A stretch of 49,015 nucleotides of DNA from Halocafeteria seosinensis (taxonomy: Eukaryota): contig LVLI01000184.1 in assembly GCA_001687465.1 (NCBI GenBank), positions 1 through 49,015 on the forward strand, read 5' to 3'. Position numbers and translations under genes: made by a program. Shown here piece by piece: positions 23,401 to 35,400 of this stretch. Position 1 is the stretch's first letter, and each line of letters starts with the position of its first letter. Under the pieces are notes generated by a model. That model had not been told where the DNA came from, did no database searches, and was given only the letters and a program-made list of their open reading frames with translations.

Positions 23401-26400
23401 TACACGCACGCACGGAGCCGCTTACAGGTCTTCCGATAATGGCGGAATGCTTATCTACGGATACTACCCCACCAACATTTATAGCCAAGAGGCCTGGGAC
23501 ATCGGTGTGGAACTGCACGGTACTATGGCCCTCCACATGCACTTCTGTAGCCGACACACGCCCAACCTCGTGGAAAAGCAATAGCGAATCCGAAGACAAG
23601 GAGACTGAACCCCTAAACTGTATGCCCAGGGCACTTGTGTTACTGGATGACTCAATCACCACTTGGCTTTCTTCCGATATGCTCAGGGAGCCGAGCGTTG
23701 TCTCTCGGAATTGCCCAGGGATCAGAATGCGCAATGTCGCGCGATTTTCAACGACAATCTCGTCAATGTCCCTCAACCTGGAGATCTCTCGGACAAAAGC
23801 ACTTCGATCGACGGAATCTGGCGGGCTCGCAAATACCAAGCGTGTAGGTCCAAAAGGCGATACTTTCCCAAGGTAAATCGTGCCTGTTCCCCCGAACTCG
23901 GACCCACTGCCGCCTCCAACGTCAAATACACCGTCGAATTCATAGCTGTCGCTGTGGATGGCTATTCGTCCACCACCACCACCGCCCCCAATACTACCTG
24001 ATCTGTTCATGGCTTGGGCCATAGGACCACTGTTACCACCGCTAGCCGAAAGAAGACCGCTGCCCACAACCATAGACATATTGAGGAAGATAGACCCACC
24101 AGCGCCTCCACCACTGGAGATAGGGAACGCCTCTTTTCCACGTTCTCCGTTCACCAAAATCTTGCCATCCAACTCAGCAAGTGATTTACCAGAAAAAGAC
24201 CCAGCACTGAAGGTAATATGCGCACCACCTGAGCCTCCTAAAGTACCTCCTCCTGATGCTCCACCTGCACCAGCCAGTTGTGGATGCCGAAAATCACCAC
24301 AGCGCCTCTGTGACGAGAGACCACCGACACCTCCATGAGTCCCTCCAGCGCCAGCAACAATTGGAGCACGACATCCGTGGACTGCATCGGCTTCATCCCC
24401 TGGAAACCCTTGGCCATTCGCTATTACTGAGGATTGCGGGGCCAAAACCATATGCGTGTCAATGACTAAGGACGTAGTCACAGGATGCCCATTCAAATGG
24501 AATTGGGCTTCATCAAGCAAGTATAGAAAACTCAAGTGTAGTTTGTGTAAATCTTCGAATACTAATGAACTCGTGTCCGCTACCACCAGCCCAGGAATCA
24601 CGAATTCTCCGTTTTCATGCGTCAAGGTAGATGCCGTCGACAAGAACTCAGCTGTTGTGTTACCAGCAAAGATCATATTTTCTGTTCCGGTTATCTCCCC
24701 CGATATAAGTAGTCGACTTTGTTTCATCGTAATGTTTTGGGGCAAAGTGAGGGTTCCAAGTTGGTCAACTGTAATGAGAGCATCCTCTAGCACAGCTGAG
24801 GGAGTTAACCATTTCCGCGACCATTGAGAGGTAAGCCAGAGACGTGAAGGGCTAGTTGAAACCGTCAGCTCAAATTCCGGAATTAAGGTAGATCGTTCGC
24901 TTGAACCGGTAAGAGATACCATACTAGCATTTTTGATTATCAATTCGGATTCACCGTCGAAGGACATCGAGGATACTATCGCATGTATCTGGCGTTCAGC
25001 CGGATACTGGAAAGGCAGGAAAGCAAAACGGGACCTCCCTTTTAGCTGCAGCTCACCTATAGTGGGTGAAAATGGGCCTGGTTCGATTAGTGCGGCAGTC
25101 ATCGGCGGTTGGTCTGTCTTGTTCCCGTTATCAACGATGAGGTGAGATACTGTTTCCAGATACCGGATATAAATGGTACCAGCAGCACCAGGATGGTCGC
25201 CGGAGCCCCCATATGCGGTCAGCATAATGTCAAAAAGGAATTCTTCAGCGGCGAGTATCGCTATTCTCCCTCCTGCCCCTGCTCCAGCCAGATTGTGTCC
25301 CAAAACATCTCCCCCGTTTGCTGTTATCGATCCTGTTCCGCTAATAGCCTTCCCTTGGATCAAGACACTGCCAGCTGCTCCTCCACCTGAAGAGATATTT
25401 CCATGCACCCTCCCTGGCATACCGCTCGCACTAACAACACCGTCGACCGTTACCTCACCAATACTGCCGTTGACACTTAGCTGAATGGAGTTGCCTCCTG
25501 GACCTCCACGAAGTCCGTTGTTGGAGCCGCCGGCAGGGCCTTGGAGCACGGGGAAAGTGAAGTTTCCACACGGATAGCCACTTAGAGGGCCACCACCAAA
25601 TCCACCATGACTGCCACCCGCGGCGTTCTTAGGAGTGCCACATGCCCCAGCAGGAGTAGCAGAGCCCGTGCCAACTATACGACCTCCCTGTGACACATGT
25701 ATGCTACGCTGTCCGGAATATGTAATTCCATTGCTGACCTCATTAAATGCCTCTACAACAGAGTCCGCAGACACGATCATGCTTCGAAACGAAACGATTG
25801 TAATCTCGCGCGAAACAATCTTACCGGTGGATAGACTGACGGAGCCGTCAAAATTCAATCCGCAATCACCTACACCAGAATTACCGACTGAGCTCACATT
25901 AATCACTGAATCGTTTTCAACAAGCAGATTTCCTCTAATGTTGATACTATGGTGCCCTGGAATCATCACATCTAGTTTCGCCTGTTCGGTAATCCGGAGG
26001 ATATCAATGTCGTACTCGTCGGCTTCAGGTACCGCCAGTCTAGAACTTGCACTAACCTCCTGGAACTCCCTGTAAAGGAAGTTGCGGAACTCGACTGAAA
26101 CGATATTAGAACCTGTATCATTAAACATAATAGATCCAGCACCACTTCGCAGTGACTGCTCTTCTGCGTAGCCGCCTTCAGCATGCCACTCGCCCGTGAA
26201 AGTGTTTTGAACAAACGCTGCGGCAATACGACCTCCACTACCAGCGCCTCCACTCAAAGAGGTGTGATTAGGCGCGAACCCACCTTCACCACCTCTTGCG
26301 GATATTAAACCGTGTCCAGCAAGACGTCCTGTGCGCACAACAATACTACCACCGCTGCCACCTCCGGCAGCACCAGAGCTGTATGGCAAACTTGAGTCTT

Positions 26401-29400
26401 CCCCATCATTTCCATCAGCCAACACGCTACCATTGATGTCTACAAACGAGCCCTTGTCTGTTGTAATTCGGATAGAATTTCCTCCTGAGCCGCCACGATT
26501 GGCACCTAAACTTGCTCCTCCACTACCTCGGATGAAATCGGCATTAAATGAGCCACACGGAGGTGGCCCGAAGGCACCACCGGAGCCACCGTAGGCACCG
26601 CCGCTTCCACCGTGATGCTGCGATTTTGAAGCGGGTTCACAGAAGCGTAGATCTGCCTGGCCTGCTCCAAATCCTCCTCCGCTTCCATCGATTGAGGCGT
26701 ATGCGGCAATAGTAACACCCGAATGAGAGACAAGATCCACGCCAGTGGAGTTTTCATTCCTTACTATAAGTTGACTCTCATCCAACAGCATGAGCTCATC
26801 GGACTCAAGGAGAGTAACATCATCGAAAGCAACTACTGAACGTCCACCTAGAAGCATACTTTCCATAGTAATGGTAAAACCCAGGCTCTCCGGTGAAGAC
26901 GCCGAAAATGTTGCAGCCGAGGAATCTAGAATGCTGAGAGACCCGGACAGGAAGAAATCTGTATGGGAATCATGGCAAAGCTTTCCAGCGTTCCGTAAGA
27001 CAATGGAAACGTCAAAAGTTCGCCTATACGGAGAAGTGTCTAAGACTGTGCAACGATGATCATCAGCGATGCCTGTATCAACCCCATCATTGTCGATCCA
27101 AACAACTTGTCTGTGACTCCAGTAGACGGTGCCCGCGCTGGCCGGAAGTTGGTGCTCCCCTCCGTAGGCTGTCGCTGAGCCAGTGAATGACAAGGTATCC
27201 GAAGCCACTATAGCGATACGACCACCACTACCACCACCGGATCCACTGCCGCCGTTTGCACTCAATGAACCGTTCCCTCGCAGCAGAGGTGTCACTAAGA
27301 GCACACTGCCCCCGGCACCTCCACCGGCATCTGTATGGCCATCTTCGCCATCGCATGTGAGGTGTCCGCTAATGTCGATGAAGGCGTCTGTACTACCGTT
27401 GGCGTAGATCAACAAAGATCCACCTCCACGCCCACCTGGAGCGCTTCCACTGCCACTTCCACCACCGCCTAGCAACATGGCTTTATCAAAGGCTCCACAT
27501 GCCGGTGGACCACCGTAACTTCTCCCACCGTAACTACCACCAATACCGGGGCCAAACCTACTGGAAGGAATGCAGCCGCTTGAAACATCCGCTTGGCCGG
27601 AGAAATACCCCTTACCGGTGCCATCGATTTTTCCAGTTGAAGAGACTGTCAGGGAGTTCTCAAGCACGAAGCGAACTCGTGGAACGCGTATTTTTGCAAT
27701 GGAAACATATGCATTACGCTCGACGTGTACAGCTTTACCCGAAAAGTCGGATACTCCGTTAAAAAGCAATCGACTAGAATTCGATACCCTCAGTTCACTC
27801 GACAAGTCGATACTCGTTCCCACGCCAGTGCGTTTGTAGGCGGAACCGAACCTAAACGAAGCAATGCTATTGTCTTCGACATGAATCGACCCACGCAACC
27901 AGAGATTCAACTGGTGGTCGACACCAGGAGCCCAGATAACACGGCTTCCGCGGCGAATTGTAAGCTCACCAACGAAATACGACTCACGCCATGGCGCGGC
28001 AAGAAGTGTCAGACTTTCGCTAGCTAGTTGTCGGTGGCCGTTGTCAATAACCACGATCCGACTCGTGTCACCAGCTAGCTGAGAAAGCATAGTTCCGGGA
28101 GAACCGTTGAGTATTCCCTCACCGCCGTGTACATCCATAGCACCTGTAAACGAAGATTCGCTGGAAAACATCGCTATCCTTCCTCCGCCTCCTCCATTGC
28201 TTAAGAATATGCCATTTGAATTGAACCCACCGCCACCGACGGCTCTGATTAGACCAGATCCTGAACTGTTGGAAGCACTAATGAGAATACTTCCTCCGGC
28301 CGAGCCACCATAAATATTATGACCCTCAACTGCACCCGACAATCCGTTCATTTGAATGATTCCGTCAACTGTAACTGTACCATTGGGGCTTTGGACGTAT
28401 AACTTCAGGGCATTGCCACCAATGCCACCACCGAATGCCCCCATTCCCTGCAGTATTGGATTCTCAAAGTCTCCACATGAAAGAATACTGCTGTTACCTC
28501 CACGGCCACCGTGAGTAGCACCGCTACCATTCAAAAACAAGGAATCGGTTATTACACAGTTTCCATCGCTCGCTATGGCCTCAAACATTGCGCCAGAGCC
28601 AGAGCCTTCAATGAGTGATGCTGGCTCAGTCTTAATCAATGAGGTAGCTACAACAGTTAGACCTTGAGAATGGCCATGGTGTCTAGTATATAGCCGGCTG
28701 TTGCCAGCTAATTCGAGTGAGTCGGTGGAGATGTTCGTCACCTCGTCCACATCGAGTACCCCTCGCACCGTTATACTTCCCCTTGAGGTAAACGACGGGT
28801 TACTAATCCCCCTCTTTCCGTGTAATGTAGACTTTGAAAATCTATCGACGAAAAATGAACCTCCGATCGACGTAGTTTCAACGTCGATCAATAAATTCGA
28901 ACCTCCATTCACCTGTATCAGATCTACATCGTAACATTCATGCTCAGGAACCCCCAGACGAGAGACAGAATGGAGAGTTGTACTTTCTACCCCACCGTCA
29001 AACACTACACGACTTGCCTGTCTAGAGTCTAAATCAACGTGTGTAACTGATCCTGCTCCACCTTTATGCAACAGTGTGGAACCTGACCCACCAATTGCCA
29101 TAACGTTGCCAGAAAAGCTAGACGCGTTCTGGAAAGCCAAAGTAATGCGCCCGCCAGCTCCTCCCCCACCGGCAAGCTCGACATCCTCAACATGTAGGTT
29201 GCTGCCACCTGAAGCACTAATAACACCGCTTCCGTTCAAATACCATGCTGACACAACAACACTACCGCCACTGCCACCTCCTGATTGCGCATATTGTTCA
29301 CCGTCGCGAAACCCTGGATCTCCGTCACAGCTTATGGTGCCTTCAACTCTGATAATTCCTCCAGGTTCTGTGACATTGATAAGCAATGCATTTCCGCCGT

Positions 29401-32400
29401 TCCCGCCGGCGAACAATGCAGTATTCCCTCCGGCGTTCCCTTGTTGCAGAACATCATTGTACGATCCACACGGCATCGGGCCTAGCAATCCACCTTGCCC
29501 ACCGTATGCACCTCCACTTGCTCCTCTCGTAGCCGGCATGCTGTCAGGAGTGAGACAGCCCAGGTCTTCGTTCGACGTACCATTTCCATATCCTGTTCCG
29601 TCTCCATTTATGTGAGCCTCAGCGTCAACTAACAGAGAATCCGACAGTAACATGGTTGTTCCAGCCGTAGTAGGATTGGAAAGTAAGGCGGATGCGTTTC
29701 CGAGAAACTCCATCTCGTGAGCATTTATCGAAACAACATCATTCAACCATAATAAACTATTATACCCAATTTTGACGGACTCCAAAAAAGAAAACGACCC
29801 ACTTTCAAATCGGATGACGGCGTTATTGCTTTGTAGCGAGCCAGTAAACACATTGTCGCCGACAGCTTTTAGCTTCCCCATGTGCTTCACTACAACCATA
29901 TCAATATCGAAGAATTTTCGGTTTAAAGGGGCCAAAGAAGTATATCGAAGGTCGTCCCTCCCTCCTGTGCCTAAACCATCGTTATCAACCAACAGCACAC
30001 CGTGTTGACGTCCTGAGTTGGACACGACTTGAGTAAATACAGTCCCAGCACTCCCGGGATGCTTCAAACATCCACCGAATGCAAATGTATCGCCTTGAAA
30101 CGACGATGTAGTTGAGGAAATTACTATTCGCCCACCACTGCCAGCACTATAGCCGGTACCACCCCTAGCACTGATGGAGCCATTTCCTCTAAAATCACCA
30201 GTGATGATGGAAATACTCCCACCAGAACCACCGCCCGCGCTGAGCCCTTTATCTTCGCCGTTACATGATATCGTTCCGTCTATGTGGACGAACGATCCCC
30301 CTGTGCCGTTCACTTTGAGCGACAACGCACCACCGCCGTTTCCTCCAGATATTCCTTTCCTTGCGCTTCCACCCCCACCTGGAATTTTGGCTACATCGAA
30401 GGAGCCACAAGCAGGCGGTCCGTTGAAAGATCGACCACCGTAACTTGCACCAATTCCCGCGCCAAATTCACTGGATGGCCTACACCCACTATGCAGATCT
30501 GCTGAGTTTGAGGGGTATCCTCTGCCATTTCCATCAATAGCTCCAGCAAAGTCAACTATCACAGATTGCTGAATCAAGAAGGTAACTTGGCCAACGAATT
30601 CGCGCGCGATCGACAAGTATCCTCCCGAACTAACCCGAAGATTCGTCCCCGCGAGGGATTTGATTCCGTCCAGAAGCATTTTACTGGAGTTTCCTACGTG
30701 TATATCGTCTGTTACTTCCAATTCACCACCAACATCAAGCTCCCCGTTCGCACGACTGAAGTTAAATTCGGCAATGCTTTCTTCATCAACTGTCACAGAA
30801 CCATCAAGAAGAAGATCGCCTGTCTCCGGTGCAAGGAAGAGCATACGACTATTTCGCATGATCAGCAGCTCGCCCACGGTATACATATCGTGGGCATGTA
30901 AGCTCAAGGAAGTAAGGGCATTCCTAGCAGTCTGGTCGTGTCCATTGTCAACGATAGTACGTCGTGCTCTCTGCCCTCCAATCAGCGACTCTCGCACGAC
31001 AGTGCCCACCGAGGCCGCGAACGGTGTAGTTCCACCACTGGCGGTTACACGACCATGGAAATCGTCATTATCCACCAAGAGGGCGATGCGCCCACCTCCA
31101 CCTGCGCCACCATACGAGTCAAGTGATCCTTGGCCACTTCCTCCTTTACCACCTCTGGCAGAGATAAGCCCGTTGCCAGATAGTCGGCTAGCTCGAAAGA
31201 GGATGGATCCTCCTGCACCTCCTCCACTAGCAGCGCTAGGGTTGTCTACCCCATTTTCACCATCTACTGTAATAGTACCATTAATGCAAATACTACTAGA
31301 ACTCGATACAACTTCCAGGTGTATAGCGTTCCCACCAGCACCACCATTTTCTTTTCCGTTGGTAATCGCAGTCCATCCACCCAATACGCCCCTTTCTTGT
31401 GGGTCATCAAATATTCCACAAGGAGGTCTATTATCGTTGGCTCCCTGTCCCCCATGGGTACCACCCGGTGCTCCACTTTTGAAAGTGCCCTGCGTGTCGT
31501 TGCGCGGAGCTTGACAATTCCCGACTTGGGCACTTGATGTGATGCCGCCTCCGTTGCCTCTGATGGCAGAGGTTTCATCCAGTGATAGATCCCCGGTGCT
31601 CAAAATTTGAACCCCTGAAGAAAATGGATTGCGAATGACAAGATCAGAGTAGGCAGATAGCCTAATGCCTCCTACATATAAAGACTCAATGTCGTCCAAC
31701 CCTATGTACGACTCAGTTGCGTCCCACATGCCTTCAAAAAGAGACTCAGCTGAGAAGCCTGCAAATAGCAAGCCTTTTGCAATCCGGACAAAAGACTCAT
31801 CAATACTGACAGAGCCGAGAAATTCAAGCCGATGACCTGAATTAATATCAAACTTTATGCGGGATCCTCCGCGAAGTCTCAAGTGCGAAATATTGTAGGG
31901 GGTTACCCCGGGAGGTTGCAGGAGCGTGAAGGGGCCATTGCCCCCAATCGTTGCATGCCTTCTCGTTTGGTTATTGCTTACAATTACCGTCTGGATACCC
32001 GTAGCATAGTTTTGCATCACAGGCACTACTATCTTTCGCCAAGTAATTGTCCCTGCCGCTGCTGGGGGAATCCGATGAGTACTGAAACCCCCATACGCCC
32101 GAGCGTTTCCTCCGAATGTGTGGGGTTCAGAGCACATGAGGAGGATTCTTCCCCCTCCACCACCTCCACCATCAAACCTGGCTTCTGATGAAGCTCCTCC
32201 CAGTCCACCCGAAGCATCAAATACCCCTCTTCCGATAATTTCGGAGGCAATCACTCGGATACTGCCGCCACTTCCCCCTCCAGCAGCAGGCCCATGCTCA
32301 GAGGCGTCCCCGCTTTCGCCTGCCACAGACACGGTACCATTGTTGAGAAAGTATCCATCTGAATGTTGGACAGTGAAAAGGAAGGCATAACCACCTTTAC

Positions 32401-35400
32401 CCCCAAAACGACCAAAGAGAGTATTCTGACCCTGACTCCCGGGGTATATAGCATCGGAAAAGGAACCACACGCGCTTGACCCATTCCTACCACCGTCACC
32501 CCCATAACCAGCACCGACGCCTCCGACATTCGAACGACTGGGAGTCGGAGAACACCCCTCCGTAAGAGAGAAGCCATAAACCCACGACTCCTCCAAGACC
32601 TCAGCGTAGCGATTCACATCTACATGAAGCACTGTCGCAAGTGTGCCGTTAGCGGCAAACCGAGAGTTGTTGGCAACAGAGAGGGAATTGAAGTGGAGCC
32701 AATTTACATCATCTACAAATACGACACTTGAAGTCACTCGCAAACCACCCCCAAAGGATATCCTGGAGACTCGGTTCGCATCGTCGCTCCCTCTCTCCAG
32801 CCTCAGCACAGAACCGCTTTCTACAACTAGATCTCCATATATATCCAACGACAAGGACCCTACGGGCGGCGAAAACAACGCCTGAGCAGAGCCTGTGACT
32901 ACTACAGAAGTAAGATTGAATGACTCCTCCTGTTTGAGGAAGAGACTCGTGAACCGCGAGTCAAGAGCACCTCCAGTCTCAATACCGCCGTTGTCTACAA
33001 CTACTTTTCGCACATCCTCGCTCTTGAATTCAAACAGAATAGTTCCAGCACTGGCCGGTATCTTAATCCTACCGCCGAAAGCGGAGATTTGTCCGTCAAA
33101 TAGATGTTTCTCGACGATTTCTACTATTCTACCTCCGCTACCCGCTCTTCCACCATTACCGCCATTGGCGGAAATCAGACCACTTCCTCGAAGGGTTGGA
33201 CTTTGCAAGTGGACAGATCCGCCAGCTCCACCTCCTGCATCGCCAACCCCGTGATTTCCATCCGCACGGACAGTCCCGTTTACCTCTATGAACCCTGTTT
33301 CAAAATCCTCAACCATTAGAAACAGAGACCCACCTCCTGAGCCTCCCACGTCGCCACCTGAGCTACTACCACCCCCTCCCCGAATGTTTGCCTCCATAAA
33401 GTGGCCACATGAATCGGGGCCCTCAAACGACTTCCCACCGTAACTGCCTCCTACTCCTGCACCACACTCGATTGCTGGTTTACAACCTGCCGATACATCC
33501 GCCTCGCCAGCAGACATTCCAATACCTTGAGCATCTATCATGCTCCAGGAGTCCACCAGTATATACCTTGCAGACTTCAAATGGTACTGAGGAAATCCTC
33601 GGGAGAAGGTAACACCTCCACCCTCAAGTACCGATAGAGCTCGGGTCCTCACGTCCTTGCACTTATCTACGTGAAGAAATGAGCCGGCTCCGGAAACAAC
33701 CAGGTCACGCTCTACAGTCATACTACTTGAGCCGCAACTCAGTAATAAAGTACTTGTTTGATCGACGACGACATTACCCTCTAAAGAAACATTTTGATTT
33801 CCAGAAACTGGGACTAATAGCGTGGATCCTCCGCGGACAAAAAGCATATCAAACGTGTAACTGGTCGGAGTCTCCCCCGAGAGCATCGTGATTAAGTCAT
33901 TACTGAGAGACCGGTAATTGTTATCAACGATGACGCTTATCCACGAGGAGTTTGTGTGGAGGTCTTCAAGATAAATTGTACCTGGAGAGCCCGAGTGATT
34001 TGAAACGGCTCCGTACGCGTGCATGTCACCGATGAATTCCCTGGAGTTAGCGAGGACGGCAATTCGTCCGCCCCCTCCGCCCCCTCCCAAATCTACTCCA
34101 GGAGAGCCTCCGTTGCCTGTTACATTACCATGTCCTGTGAATGAATCTGTCAAAATCAAAATGCTACCACCGGCACCACCTCCCGCTCGAGTACCAATCG
34201 GTGCCGCATTCCCATCTACTGAGAGCGAGCCATTGACCTCAATATACTCGTCCACGAAGAGCTGAAATGCATTTCCACCACGCCCTCCGAGATCACCATC
34301 TGCGCTCCCGCCATAGCATCCTCGAAGCAACGGGGATTCAAAGGATCCACGGGGTGCTCCTCCAAGTCCGCCCTTCCCTCCGTGGCTGCCTCCAAAGGGC
34401 ATTGCAGCAGTGACGGTACACGATGCTGCAACAGATTGAGTAGTTATTCCGCCTCCAGTCCCAGTTAAAGCTCCTCCCTCCTCTACAGTAAGACTTGTGC
34501 CCAGATCAAAAGTAAATCCCGATGAATAGTGGTTTTCGGCGTAGAAGACACCTTCTGCTGAAATATGGAGACCCTCCAATGACTCAAGCTTACCCAGTTC
34601 ACTAGCCGAAATCGTACCCCCGCTATCTATCGTTATCGAACCGCCCGTGCGAAGCGCGGAAGACCCATTTGATAGACTCTCCAGGAATATAAGAGAACTA
34701 GATGAAACATATATTCCACCACTCAAGGTAGAATTCGACTGGATAGTCCATATAAGACGGCTCCACCGGGCGACGAACAGTTCGTCGATGGCGTACACGG
34801 CTTGCTCTGGGACGGCTAGGCGAGTGGCTGGTGCCTGATCTACCGCCCCTCGATCAGTAGGACCATTGTCAATAACAAGTCTCGATAGAGCTGGACTGGA
34901 TTGCAAAAGATAGGGGAAATCCACTGACCAACCAATCGTACCCGCAGCCCCGCCGTTTGCTCCTCTGGAAAGACCGCCGAAGGCTTCAACCGCACCAACA
35001 AAAGAGTTATTGAGACTCACGAGCAAGATTCTGCCCCCAGATCCACCTCCACCGTCGAAATCCAATAATTCCTCTCCGTTTCTGCCACCACTTCCGCCGG
35101 AAGCACTAACCCTTCCCCCTCCCGTTATGGTCGGTGAGACCAGCAGGATACCACCTCCTGAGCCGCCACCTCCTGCAATGGTGGCACCCATACCAGAATT
35201 CGCTCCGCTAACTCCATCGACGGAGATACTTCCATCAAGGTACATTGCACGCCCACTTTCGAGAAACAGAGCGCCACCTCCTGGCCCACCAGTGATGCTG
35301 GAGTGGCTACCTGGAGTCCCAGAACTGCCTAGGAGAAACACATCATGTAGGGATCCGCAAGCACCCTCGTTGTAATTTTCGCTTGTACTTCTTCCTCCTC